Positions 1-10,088 are shown, counted from the first letter of the whole stretch. The stretch: 63,477 nt of DNA, filler included, from 5 parts of 5 records of this genome joined end to end with filler, not necessarily neighbours in it, one strand, 5' to 3'. The notes: a model not told the origin generated them from the letters alone. Made by a program: numbers and translations.

Positions 1-246
1 CAGGTGTTCAAAGAAGTGAGCAAAACCTGTGCGATTTTCTTCTTCGTCACGCGAACCAACACGATAGTGTAGGAGCGTTGAGACGACCGGTGCTGATTTG
101 TCGTGATGCAGGATCACATGCAAACCGTTATCGAGCTTGTACTCGGTATACTCGATCTTATTCATCTGAGCTTGAACTGCGGATGCGGCCAAAAGCACGA
201 GTCCGCCGATAAGCCCTGTCAGGCGAACGTTTAAACCGAACTTCAT
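1..246 (-). CDS. M16 (pitrilysin/M16B) zinc peptidase, catalytic subunit, 5' part only (runs off window edge)
   Basis: Not in the ORF track. Manual translation gives MKFGLNVRLTGLIGGLVLLAASAVQAQMNKIEYTEYKLDNGLHVILHHDKSAPVVSTLLHYRVGSRDEEENRTGFAHFFEHL: signal peptide, L-x-N-G-L and the inverted zinc motif HxxEH (HFFEH). AAGGA RBS upstream. Confidence 0.92.
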   Translation of the reverse strand, partial: MKFGLNVRLTGLIGGLVLLAASAVQAQMNKIEYTEYKLDNGLHVILHHDKSAPVVSTLLHYRVGSRDEEENRTGFAHFFEHL

Positions 247-810
247 AGGAAATGGTCCTTCAATATTGAATCGACGTATTAATAAGGTGTAATTACAGTT
301 GAGCATTTTTCTGCAGGCGGCAGTCACCTGTGGCTCTGCCGCTTGAAGTTGGATTGTGAGCAAACCGCGCCTTTTTGGGGTTTGTCCATCCGTTGAATTT
401 TTCATGGCCTGTGCTACGCTGAGCTGAGCCGCACTGCCGAGTTAATGAGCCATTCCCAGCTGAGCTTTCCGGATTAGCTTCTTGTGAGCGTGATAATTTC
501 AAATCGTTCCCCTACCACGGGCATTTGGCAGGCCGTAAACGCTGCACCCCGACGGTAGTAATAGCTGATTGACCGCCTAATTAAACTTGTAGTGTATTGA
601 TGTGTTGCGCGTACGGAAGCCAATCAGTTGCCCAGCTTATACTACTCATACAAAACGAAGTTACAATTTTTTCGGCGGTCAAACGGTGTCTTTGCTTTTC
701 CGTCCACGGTCACAAATAAGATTTAGCGTCGGCGCAAAAGCGTATTCGCTGATCCAGACTATCCGACCTGAACGCTCTGCAAGTCTGCTCCTATTACGGG
801 ATTACCATCA

Positions 811-2187
811 ATGAGCACATCTACGTCCGGTGCGGCCATGCCGAAGACTATTCCGCCAATTGCCGCGCCGCCGCAACAGCTGATTTTTCCAGCGTATGAA
901 TCAGCCACGCTGGCCAACGCCTGCAAGCTCATCATGGTTGAGGATTCCACACAGTCGCTCGTTTCAATCAGCGTCGTTATAAAAAATGGTGCCCTCAATG
1001 AGCCAATCGCCGGCCTGGCTTCGCTCACGGCCAAAATGCTCAAGAAAGGCACGCAGAAGCGGGATGCACAAACGATTGCTGCCGAAATTGATTTCCTGGG
1101 TGGCAACCTGCGCGTCGGAGTCGATTGGGACTCCGCGTCAATCTCGCTTAGCGTTCTGAGCGAGTACCTGGAAGATGCCCTGGACCTGCTCGCCGATGTC
1201 ATCCTCAACCCCACATTTAACGCCGAAGAACTGGCACGCCTGCAACAAGTCTCGATCGCCGGCCTGCAGCAGAATGAAGTTGATCCCAACTACCTGGTCT
1301 CCCGGGCCATGGCCCACGGCTTGTTTGCCGGGCATCCCTATGGTCACCCGGCGCGCGGAACGCAGGCTACGATCAGTGCCATTACTGCGGAAGACTGCCG
1401 CAGCTGGTATAAGCGCGCCTTCGCCGCCGATCAGGCCTTTTTTGTTGCTGCCGGGGATGTAAGCAAAACAAAAATTATTGAGCTGCTCAATGCCAAATTT
1501 GGGCAGTGGCAGACGCAGTCAGAACAGTTTGAGACTCCGGCCGCCCCGGCACAACTGCAGGGCCGTCAAATATTGATTGCCCCCAAGGAAGATGGTGTCC
1601 AGGCCGCCGTACGGATTGCCATGCGCGCTCCACAGCAAAACGATCCAGACTACGTTCCCATGCAGTTCTGTAATGCGCTGTTTGGGTCCATGTTTGTCTC
1701 GCGGCTCAGCAGCTCCATCCGCGAAGAAAAAGGGTATACCTACGGCATCGATTCTTACCTGGACGCACGCCGGCATGCCTCGGCCCTGGTGATTGGCTCC
1801 AGCTTTGGGAATGACGTCACAACTGACGCCGTGCAGGAAGTCATGCACGAACTCAAGCGCATTCGCACCGAAGCAATCAGTGCTGATGAACTGCGCCTGA
1901 CGCGCAACCACTTGCTGGGATCCTTTGCCCTGCGCTTTGAAACGCCGCAGCAGATCGTTGGCCTGGTGAGCATTCTGGAACTCTATGGCCTGCCTTCGGA
2001 TTACTACCAGTCATTCTATCAGCGCATCGTTGCGCTGAAAATCGAAGAATTACTGGCCGTACAAGGGCGTTGGTTCGATGAGGCCAACCTTGTTATCGCG
2101 GCCAGCGGAGACGAAAAACACTTGCAGGCGGCGCTGGCACAGTTTGGCACTACGCGTACAATCGATATCAATCAGGTGTCGGTTTAA
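811..2187 (+). CDS. M16B peptidase-like protein, non-catalytic subunit
   Basis: M16 motifs (GLASLTAKMLKKGT, HPYG, SRLSSSIREEKGYTYG with R/Y pair). HxxEH is absent. Confidence 0.88.
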   Translation: MSTSTSGAAMPKTIPPIAAPPQQLIFPAYESATLANACKLIMVEDSTQSLVSISVVIKNGALNEPIAGLASLTAKMLKKGTQKRDAQTIAAEIDFLGGNLRVGVDWDSASISLSVLSEYLEDALDLLADVILNPTFNAEELARLQQVSIAGLQQNEVDPNYLVSRAMAHGLFAGHPYGHPARGTQATISAITAEDCRSWYKRAFAADQAFFVAAGDVSKTKIIELLNAKFGQWQTQSEQFETPAAPAQLQGRQILIAPKEDGVQAAVRIAMRAPQQNDPDYVPMQFCNALFGSMFVSRLSSSIREEKGYTYGIDSYLDARRHASALVIGSSFGNDVTTDAVQEVMHELKRIRTEAISADELRLTRNHLLGSFALRFETPQQIVGLVSILELYGLPSDYYQSFYQRIVALKIEELLAVQGRWFDEANLVIAASGDEKHLQAALAQFGTTRTIDINQVSV

Positions 2188-2361
2188 GTCCAGGGTCAGG
2201 CTGCTATTCTGAAATGACGTTCAAAATCACGTAATTTTGAACTTTTTGGCCGAAAGATCGTCTCTATCCGGCCTGCGCTGCACGAATGTGTTCCAAGCCA
2301 ATCTCCGCAGCGCTCGTAATCACATAAAACTGTCATCAATTCTACACGGAAGATATATATC

Positions 2362-3339
2362 ATGAGTGACGTGAAGGCGATCGAAAATCTGGCGGAATCC
2401 GTCAAGATGATCCGCAAGGAAATGGGCAAAGTCATCGTTGGGCAGGATGAAATCGTAGAGCAACTTCTGATTTCTCTGTTCGCGCGCGGCCATTGCCTCC
2501 TGGTCGGTGTTCCCGGTCTGGCTAAAACCCTGATCATCCGCACATTGGCAGATGTCCTGGACCTCTCATTCTCGCGGATTCAATTTACGCCCGACCTGAT
2601 GCCCTCGGACATCACCGGAACGGAAATCATCGAAGACAACCGCAGCACCGGTAAAAAGGATTTTCGATTCGTAAAAGGACCGATCTTCGCCAATATCGTC
2701 CTGGCCGATGAGATTAACCGTACTCCGCCCAAAACCCAGGCGGCACTCCTCGAAGCCATGCAGGAATACAGCGTCACGGCCGCCGGCACAACCTACAAAC
2801 TCAACCAGCCATTTTTTGTACTGGCTACGCAGAATCCAATTGAGCAGGAAGGAACCTACCCGCTGCCGGAGGCTCAGGAAGACCGCTTCATGTTTAACCT
2901 GTGGCTCGACTATCCCTCGTTCAAAGACGAAGTTGATATCGTGCGCACAACAACCACCAACTACAAAGCCGATCTGAAAACTGTGCTCTCAGGCGATCGT
3001 ATCGTCGAATTTCAGCAATTGGTGCGCCGCGTTCCCGTTGCCGACAACGTCATCGAATACGCCGTTAAACTCGTGCACGCCACACGCCCGAATGGCAATG
3101 ATTCCGCGCAGGTCGTCAAAGACTTCCTGAGTTATGGTGCCGGGCCGCGTGCCTCACAGTTCCTGACGCTCGGTGCTAAAACACGCGCTGCGCTCATGGG
3201 CAAAACCGCACCGGATATCGAAGACGTGCGCGCCGTAGCAACGCCTGTGCTGCGCCATCGCATCGTTACAAACTTTAATGCTGAAGCTGACAACGTCTCC
3301 AAAGTCGACATCATTCGTCGCCTCATGGACCAGATTTAA
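2362..3339 (+). CDS. moxR: MoxR-family AAA+ ATPase
   Basis: Walker A GVPGLAKT, RIQFTPDLMPSDITG, Walker B LADEINR, ATQNPIEQEGTYPLPEAQ, GAGPRA. Confidence 0.95.
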   Translation: MSDVKAIENLAESVKMIRKEMGKVIVGQDEIVEQLLISLFARGHCLLVGVPGLAKTLIIRTLADVLDLSFSRIQFTPDLMPSDITGTEIIEDNRSTGKKDFRFVKGPIFANIVLADEINRTPPKTQAALLEAMQEYSVTAAGTTYKLNQPFFVLATQNPIEQEGTYPLPEAQEDRFMFNLWLDYPSFKDEVDIVRTTTTNYKADLKTVLSGDRIVEFQQLVRRVPVADNVIEYAVKLVHATRPNGNDSAQVVKDFLSYGAGPRASQFLTLGAKTRAALMGKTAPDIEDVRAVATPVLRHRIVTNFNAEADNVSKVDIIRRLMDQI

Positions 3340-3390
3340 TACACGATTCCGATGCTGATCATCGGATGATTGCGGAGGCCATCGCGGCTC

Positions 3391-4710
3391 ATGAATATTA
3401 TAGCAATTGTCGGCCGTCCTAACGTCGGCAAATCGACACTGTTTAACCGAATCATTGGCCGCCGGCATGCGATCATTGAAGAAGAACCCGGCGTAACACG
3501 CGACCGTTTATACGCTGAAGCCGAATGGGCAGGTGTTCACTTTACTCTGATTGATACTGGTGGAATCCTGCCGCCCAGTGACGACGTGATCGACACGGCG
3601 ATTCGCGAACAAGCCTTTATCGCAATGGAAGAGGCCGACTCCATCGTATTTGTCGTCGACAGCCATTCCGGCCTGACGTCAATGGATGAAGAGCTGGCCA
3701 AACAAATGCGACGCTCCGGCAAACACCTGGTTCTGGCAGTCAACAAAGTCGATAACGAACGCCGTGAAAACGAGATTTACGAGTTTTCCAGCCTCGGCCT
3801 CGGGGATCCCTACGGCTTCTCCGCGCTCAGTGGTCGCAGCCTGGGAGACCTGCTAGACGCTGCTGTTGAGCCCTTGCGCGACAAGCCCGAGCCTCCCGAA
3901 GATGAGCGCCTCAAAATTGCAGTTGTCGGTCGTCCGAATGCCGGCAAATCCAGCCTCGTCAATGCCCTGCTCGGTGAAGAACGCAATATCGTTACACCCA
4001 TCGCCGGAACCACGCGCGACGCAATTGACAGCGTCCTTAAGTTCCACGGCGAAGAGATTGTTCTGATCGATACCGCCGGCCTGCGCCGTCGTAGCAAAGT
4101 CAAAGAAAATATTGAGATGTACAGCGTTATCCGCACCGGCCGCGCCATCGACCGTTGTGACGTCGCCGTTGTCATGCTCGATGCCGAGTTTGGCCTGGAA
4201 GCCCAGGACAAACGCATCCTCAACGAAGTTGCCGATGCCCGCCGTGGGATAATCCTGGCAGTCAACAAATGGGATTTGATTGACAAAGACGGCCGCACGG
4301 CCGACGAACGTCGCAAAGAAATGCTCGAAGATGTGCCGACGCTCGACTACGTGGAAACGACATTCATTTCCGCGCTCACACATCAGCGTATTCACAAAAT
4401 TGTTGAGCTGGCGCGTGAAGTCCAGGAACGCCGCATCAAGCGCATTCCTACACATGAGCTCAATACTAATCTGCTGGCGGAAATTGCCAAGAACCCGCCG
4501 CCATCCGTGCGTGCGCGTGACTTGCGCATCAACTACATAACACAGGTTAGTACCGCTCCGCCCATGTTCGCCTTTTTCCTCAATCACCCCGAGCTGCTGC
4601 CGGACGCGTACAAACGTTTTCTGGAACGCCGCCTGCGTGAAATGTACGACCTCAAAGGTGTGCCAATCTCATTTGTCTTCAGACGCAAAAGCCCCAAAAG
4701 AGAGGACTAA
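3391..4710 (+). CDS. der: Ribosome biogenesis GTPase Der (EngA)
   Basis: Two G-domains (GRPNVGKS/DTGG/NKVD and GRPNAGKS/DTAG/NKWD) plus C-terminal KH-like domain. ATG at 3391 follows GGAGG. Confidence 0.97.
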   Translation: MNIIAIVGRPNVGKSTLFNRIIGRRHAIIEEEPGVTRDRLYAEAEWAGVHFTLIDTGGILPPSDDVIDTAIREQAFIAMEEADSIVFVVDSHSGLTSMDEELAKQMRRSGKHLVLAVNKVDNERRENEIYEFSSLGLGDPYGFSALSGRSLGDLLDAAVEPLRDKPEPPEDERLKIAVVGRPNAGKSSLVNALLGEERNIVTPIAGTTRDAIDSVLKFHGEEIVLIDTAGLRRRSKVKENIEMYSVIRTGRAIDRCDVAVVMLDAEFGLEAQDKRILNEVADARRGIILAVNKWDLIDKDGRTADERRKEMLEDVPTLDYVETTFISALTHQRIHKIVELAREVQERRIKRIPTHELNTNLLAEIAKNPPPSVRARDLRINYITQVSTAPPMFAFFLNHPELLPDAYKRFLERRLREMYDLKGVPISFVFRRKSPKRED

Positions 4711-4712
4711 CC

Positions 4713-5492
4713 GTGGCAACCCGCAAGCTCATCAGCTGGAACGTGAACGGCATTCGCGCCTGGAAGAAAAAAGGCAAGCTGGACTGGCTGGCAGATGCCG
4801 ATCCCGACGTTTTCTGCGTGCAGGAAACCAAGGCACATCCCGAGCAGCTGGACGATGACCTCCTGCTGCCGCCCGGTTATGTTTCCGGCGAATTCCACTC
4901 CTGCTCCATCAAGCGCGGCTACAGCGGCGTGGCAACATTTGCCAAACAGGCACCCGTTGAAACCGTGCGTGAATTCGGCATTCAGAAGTTCGACCAGGAA
5001 GGCCGCGTTCTCTGTTCCGACTTCGGCGATTTTATCCTCGTTAATGTCTATTTCCCCAAAGGTGAAGTCGATTCGCCACGCCTGCAGTACAAGTATGAAT
5101 TCTATGAGGCGCTCTTTGAGTATCTGGACGAGCTGCGCGCTGACGGCCACTCCCTGATCATTTGTGGCGACTACAACATCGCACACAAAGAGATCGACCT
5201 GGCACGCCCCAAACAAAACGTTAAAACCTCCGGTTTCCTGCCCGAAGAACGCGCCATCATGGACGGTCTCGTGGCCAAGGGTTACCTGGATAGTTTCCGC
5301 TTTTTTCAACCCGAAGGTGAACACTACAGCTGGTGGAGTTTCCGCTCCGGAGCGCGTCAACGCAACGTCGGCTGGCGTCTGGACTACTTCTTTGTCACCG
5401 AAGAACTGAAGCCACGGGTTGTCTCCGCCGGAATTCTCGCCGATGTCACCGGCTCAGATCATTGTCCCGTAACCTTGGAACTGGAAGTCTGA
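4713..5492 (+). CDS. xth: Exodeoxyribonuclease III / AP endonuclease
   Basis: SWNVNGIRA, QETK, GYSGVA, GDYNIAH, GWRLDYF, SDHCPV. Confidence 0.96.
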   Translation: MATRKLISWNVNGIRAWKKKGKLDWLADADPDVFCVQETKAHPEQLDDDLLLPPGYVSGEFHSCSIKRGYSGVATFAKQAPVETVREFGIQKFDQEGRVLCSDFGDFILVNVYFPKGEVDSPRLQYKYEFYEALFEYLDELRADGHSLIICGDYNIAHKEIDLARPKQNVKTSGFLPEERAIMDGLVAKGYLDSFRFFQPEGEHYSWWSFRSGARQRNVGWRLDYFFVTEELKPRVVSAGILADVTGSDHCPVTLELEV

Positions 5493-5536
5493 CCTGCTAT
5501 ATTCGGCCTCGTAATCGTGAATATGGAGGGGCTAAA

Positions 5537-6292
5537 ATGGCTGTTCGTACGAAGTTCAATCTTTGGGTTTCACTCTGTCTGTGCTTGAGCTGTGCACAGA
5601 TGCTGCAGGCTCAGGAACTAAAACACTGGGATACCTCTATTTCGGCCAACTTATCGCTAATGCGCGGTAACGTTGATGCGCTGCAGGCTTCCAGCGATCA
5701 ATCCGTCACTCATCGCGACAGCCTGCTCGAACTCACTTTCAGCAGTGGAATCGAATACGGTGAGCAGGATGGTATTAAACTGGAGCAGGAGCTCAGCGCA
5801 AGTCTGAACGCCGATTTGTGGTATGACGCCGTCTGGTCCCCCTTTGCACTGGCATCCATCGGCCGCAATTTCCAGAAACGCGTGGACCAACGCTGGCAGC
5901 TGGGCGCCGGCGCCAAATACACCTTCTGGCGCGACTCAAGCAGTACCGTTTCCTTTAGTGTAGCCATTATTCGCGACGAAACCGATTACAATGAAGGCTC
6001 GGGAATTGAGGACATCGAGGGTGATGCGCGTGCCTCCATCCGCCTCAAAGGCAAACATCAGCTCACCAGCTCCGGCGTCACCTTTCAACATCAAACGTTT
6101 TACCTACCCTCCCTTGATCTTGTTAAAAATAACGAGAGTGACGTGCGCTGGAATACCGACCTGCAGCTGTCAGTGCCCATAATAAAAGTACTGGCGCTCA
6201 CGATTTCCTATTCCTATGACTTTGAAAACATCTCCGGTGAAGCCGAACCCGCCGACAGTGAGCTGGAAGTTGGTTTAAGCTTAAACCTTTAA
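5537..6292 (+). CDS. Outer-membrane beta-barrel protein, DUF481-like
   Basis: ATG at 5537 after GGAGG, signal peptide, alternating amphipathic strands, RGN motif near the N-terminus, C-terminal beta-signal-like end (VGLSLNL). Confidence 0.7.
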   Translation: MAVRTKFNLWVSLCLCLSCAQMLQAQELKHWDTSISANLSLMRGNVDALQASSDQSVTHRDSLLELTFSSGIEYGEQDGIKLEQELSASLNADLWYDAVWSPFALASIGRNFQKRVDQRWQLGAGAKYTFWRDSSSTVSFSVAIIRDETDYNEGSGIEDIEGDARASIRLKGKHQLTSSGVTFQHQTFYLPSLDLVKNNESDVRWNTDLQLSVPIIKVLALTISYSYDFENISGEAEPADSELEVGLSLNL

Positions 6293-6294
6293 AT

Positions 6295-6346
6295 TCATTT
6301 GCCAGAATCATTTGCCAGAATCATTTGCCAGAATCACTTGCCGGAA
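6295..6346. repeat. Tandem 13-bp repeat TCATTTGCCAGAA x4 (3 perfect, 1 with two substitutions)
   Basis: Copies at 6295, 6308, 6321 and 6334 (TCACTTGCCGGAA), with no spacers. Confidence 0.95.
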
Positions 6347-6491
6347 TCGCAGTGCAAATTCTTGTCGGTACACAATGTACGGCAGCATTAATCGGACTAT
6401 ACACAAACGCTGACCGCAACATTCAGCTGCAAACGACGTTTCGGTGTTTTATCGGTCGCAGATTTTAACTTTTTGGCACGGGAGCTTTAAC

Positions 6492-6743
6492 ATGGCCCTT
6501 TTTGATGAACCACCAGTCACCCTTAAGCGTTTTCTAAAAATGCTGCTGCTTTATCTGGTCGTTTCCGTTCCAATGTTTATTCTCTTCCGTCCGGAAAACC
6601 CCGGCGAACATTATGAGTATTTGTTTTTCCTGGGCGGTTTGCTGTTTTTTGCGCTACCATATGGTATAAAGGCACTCTACGAACGCCAGGTAAAACGCGA
6701 AAAGTTGGAGCGTGCCCAGCGGCAGCAAGCTCTCGACAGTTGA
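6492..6743 (+). CDS. Small two-TM membrane protein
   Basis: GGAG RBS before ATG 6492, two hydrophobic segments, charged C-terminal tail, followed by a hairpin and T-run near 6770-6810. Confidence 0.6.
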   Translation: MALFDEPPVTLKRFLKMLLLYLVVSVPMFILFRPENPGEHYEYLFFLGGLLFFALPYGIKALYERQVKREKLERAQRQQALDS

Positions 6744-7003
6744 TCTGTTTTTTTTGAGGCTTGAGCGCTTCGCCTTTCCCTGCGGAAAGCGGCTTGCTGT
6801 TTTCTTTTTGTTAGTTGATGTACCGGAAGTTGTTAACATTTGTGGCTGTTGGAATCCACCAAGTACCACAACCCAAGGTCAAGAGCCTGAATTGATTGTG
6901 TCTTGAATCTGAGAGATTAACAAAAAAATCAAAGAGCCTGAGGGCGCAGCGAAAGCCAGCACTCAAAGCGATCATATTCAAACCTAACGCACACATTTCA
7001 ACC

Positions 7004-9883
7004 CTAACGGACATACACAAAACTGCCGGCCTGGATGTTGCCCGGCCAAGTCAAAGCAAACAAGTACTGGCCATTACTCAAACTGCGAATGTTAACTTCA
7101 AAGACGCGTGGATCAGTTGAGAGGAGCTCAACGTCAATATTGTGTAGCAGCGCACCACGGATATCGTAAATTGCAATGGTAATATCTGCGGCAGGCGCAT
7201 CTATCCACTCAAAACGCAGTATGCCGTCAGTCGGGTTAACAATTACATTTGGGTTGTTTAAGCCGGGCGTTATCAGCGTGTCGGTCGTGTCGGGATCCAT
7301 TGTATCAACAGGCAAATATATCGTACCGCCGGAAGGTGACCCGCCGGTGGCAACTGTTGTGTCCAGTTTACTGCCGGTGTCGGTCGTGTCGGGAAGTTCA
7401 GCGCCTACAGCCAAAAGTGGTACGCGCAGATTGTCCTGATTTTCAGTGTCGCCGTTCAGCTGCAGAAAACGTTGAAATGTACCCGTGTCGGCCGGTGTAA
7501 AACAAATTGGCCCCAAAACAATTGACGCTCCGGGATCAAGCGTCGCAGGTAAACCGGTAAGGTTTTTATCCAGGCTGAATGGCTCGGCCAGCTCATTAAC
7601 GCCATTGATTTCGAGCGGGAAAGTGCCGCTGCTGGTAATTGTGACGGCATCGGTTACGCAAGTTTGGGCACCAACCGCCGTTGAATCAAAGGGCTCAACA
7701 CGGGTCGTAATACGCGGGATGCCGCCGCGCCCAAGCATGTTAACATTTACCGTTCCAAGCGGCATGAACTCGATAGTTAACACCGCCTCGTCGTCGGGGA
7801 TTGACTCCAGTGCCGTCTCCGTTAGAGGTGTATACTGTACGCGCATGTTAAGCGCTGAATCGGGAGCAATAATCGCGGGAAGAAGATCGCCGCCCGCCCA
7901 GCTAAACCTGTCGGACCCTCCAAAGTTAAGTGTCGAAGCAGTCAGCTCCTGCGCGTTTGTATTTGTGATCGTCACATCGCGAACTACAGTGTTGTTAACC
8001 CGTACAAGGCCAAAGTCCAGCTCCGTTGGTGTTGCCCTAAGTGAATCGGGATTGAGATAGTAGGTTCTTACATTAACATTCCCGGCGCGGTCACGCGCAA
8101 GCACCAATGCAGCCGAAGAGCGATTCGTGTTAACGGCGCGCAAACGCAGGCTGGCAGTTCTGATATTGCGGGCAAAAAAGAATTCGTCTGCGAAATCGAC
8201 TTCGATGTTGCGGCTGTACTCGGGAATCAGCTTAAGCGCGGTGATACCGCTGTCATCCGGGCGCGGTTCTGTAGCCGTCAGGTGCAACTCGCCTGCATTT
8301 TCCTGGTCCAGGTCGCGTTGCAATTCGGGCGCCAGCACATCTCCGGTGTGCAGGAAGTTTGCCCCTTGCAAATCGGCCCAGCCAAAACTTTCCAGTGCCG
8401 TATATCCATACAATTGCACAGCTGAGTTAAACGGGCTGCTGACAATATACTTTTTGTCGGGCCTTGCAGTACTTAACATAAAGGCATAAACATTTGACTC
8501 TGGAATGCGCATTGAGGCCGCTTGAGGGAGCAGGTCGGTCAGGGCTTCACCGTTAACAAGTATTTTAGCCAAAGAGTCGGCCGGGGATTCGGCATCGGCA
8601 TCCAGTTCAACAAAAAGGTTGAGGCGCGTCGTTGCCAGCAGGTTCGGTGGTTCAATCGTAGACCCGGCTTGCAGTGGTATGAATTGTTCCAGCGGCGGAA
8701 CACGCATCATGAAGGGGTCGTAATTGGCCGAATTATCCCAGAAGTTGGAATAGGAGTACTGCATCAGGACTGTTGGTTTATCGCTGGTCCACACGGATAC
8801 ACCGCCAATAGACTCGCTGCCGCTTTGCGGGTCAATTTCTTCAAACTCGTTCCAGGAGCCGGCCTGGAGAATTGTAGAGTTGCGCACGGCAAGCAGTTTA
8901 TGCGGCGGCTCGATCGCATAAGAACGGATTTCTATTTCAGTGTCATCCTCCAGCGCCATGATGCGGAAGTAGTCGCCTCGGCCATTGCGGTCCAGTTCGC
9001 GTGTGTAGTGGGTCAGTCCTGTGGTCTGCGCGGGCGCCAGCATTTCCATCAGTGCGTCACGTGAATTCTGCCCGGCGGCCACTGGGATGACGGTGCGTTG
9101 ATGAAAAGCGATTACACCAATTGGTTTGCTTGCGCTGATTGTTGTGCCGGTCAGGTCAAAAGTCTCATCCGTGGCATTGCCGCGCAGCATATATAGCTGG
9201 TTGGCTTGCAGTTGTATTGGAATCTGGTCTCCAATAGCGCGGCCACCTTCGCTTGTGCCGGTCAATGTTTGGCCCTTTAACCGTATCGAAACGTCGGTCT
9301 CGTTTTCCTGAGCTATGATTATGAATCCACCGGCGCGGTTAACATTTGTTGAGCTTTCAGGATAATCATAGTAGCTGATGTGTGTGTATTCGCGGCCCCA
9401 GGTAGCCGTCGGCCGGACCAGGAAGCCATCGGAGCTGAAGCGTTTGGCCGAATAGGCGCGCACGGTGACGGGGTGGTCGGATTCTATCAGGATAACCTTC
9501 AAACCCGTCACTTCACTCTCGCGCACTTCCAGGGCCCAGGTAAAATCGTTTTGAAACACACTGAATTCTGCGGTTTCGCCGGCGCGCACGTTTTTAATAA
9601 TGTGGCCGATTCCCAGTTGTGGAACGGTAAATTTGACCGGCGTGTCAAATCGTGAGGTGACCAGGATACTGAGTTCCTGGTTGATGATACTGATATCATC
9701 AGCTTCATTTGGTGGAAATGCCAAGAGGAAGTGGCGGCCTTCCATGCCATTGTTAAGATCGGCGGCAATATCAGGGAACTGCTGTAGCAGGCTGCTTTTG
9801 TCTTCGGCAGCTTCGGCTTGCACACCCCAGGTTAAGCAGAGGATGCAGGCGCAGATGATTATGATATATGAGCCGGTCTTCAT
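7004..9883 (-). CDS. T9SS-type secreted protein, paralogue 5 of array: IgGFc-binding-like N-terminal domain, 2 ASH/choice-of-anchor-D Ig domains, Asp/Thr-rich linker, CTD
   Basis: Signal peptide; EGRHFLLAFPPNE, FDLTGTTISASKPIGV, DPFMMRVPPLEQF, DRAGN, LDFGLVRV..ITNT; C-terminal NP...IYDIRG...LSNGQYL. Confidence 0.8.
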   Translation of the reverse strand: MKTGSYIIIICACILCLTWGVQAEAAEDKSSLLQQFPDIAADLNNGMEGRHFLLAFPPNEADDISIINQELSILVTSRFDTPVKFTVPQLGIGHIIKNVRAGETAEFSVFQNDFTWALEVRESEVTGLKVILIESDHPVTVRAYSAKRFSSDGFLVRPTATWGREYTHISYYDYPESSTNVNRAGGFIIIAQENETDVSIRLKGQTLTGTSEGGRAIGDQIPIQLQANQLYMLRGNATDETFDLTGTTISASKPIGVIAFHQRTVIPVAAGQNSRDALMEMLAPAQTTGLTHYTRELDRNGRGDYFRIMALEDDTEIEIRSYAIEPPHKLLAVRNSTILQAGSWNEFEEIDPQSGSESIGGVSVWTSDKPTVLMQYSYSNFWDNSANYDPFMMRVPPLEQFIPLQAGSTIEPPNLLATTRLNLFVELDADAESPADSLAKILVNGEALTDLLPQAASMRIPESNVYAFMLSTARPDKKYIVSSPFNSAVQLYGYTALESFGWADLQGANFLHTGDVLAPELQRDLDQENAGELHLTATEPRPDDSGITALKLIPEYSRNIEVDFADEFFFARNIRTASLRLRAVNTNRSSAALVLARDRAGNVNVRTYYLNPDSLRATPTELDFGLVRVNNTVVRDVTITNTNAQELTASTLNFGGSDRFSWAGGDLLPAIIAPDSALNMRVQYTPLTETALESIPDDEAVLTIEFMPLGTVNVNMLGRGGIPRITTRVEPFDSTAVGAQTCVTDAVTITSSGTFPLEINGVNELAEPFSLDKNLTGLPATLDPGASIVLGPICFTPADTGTFQRFLQLNGDTENQDNLRVPLLAVGAELPDTTDTGSKLDTTVATGGSPSGGTIYLPVDTMDPDTTDTLITPGLNNPNVIVNPTDGILRFEWIDAPAADITIAIYDIRGALLHNIDVELLSTDPRVFEVNIRSLSNGQYLFALTWPGNIQAGSFVYVR

Positions 9884-10044
9884 CGGACGTTTCCATTAAG
9901 CCAAGGCCACCGCGATATTGCGTTGAGAACACAACACATACAGGAAAGGAACACTGTGCGTGCACTTTGTCTCAGGCCGAATATAAGTGTTTTCATGTTG
10001 CCTCAAAGCGCGGCCCTTTTGAGCGGATTTGGCGCCGGCACATG

Positions 10045-10088
10045 AAAAAAAATCCCAGGCTAATGCGTGCACGCATTGACCTGGGATT
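10045..10088 (-). terminator. Intrinsic terminator between paralogues
   Basis: Stem AATCCCAGG/CCTGGGATT with inner AATGCGT/ACGCATT. The A8 run on the + strand is a U-tract on the - strand. Confidence 0.75.

Noticed and set aside
2860-2890. MoxR PEAQEDRF instead of PEAQLDRF, and no adjacent DUF58/VWA genes
   Set aside because: The Arg finger is intact, and partner genes are often unlinked.
6295-6346. Possible CRISPR array
   Set aside because: The 13-bp units have no spacers and there are no cas genes.
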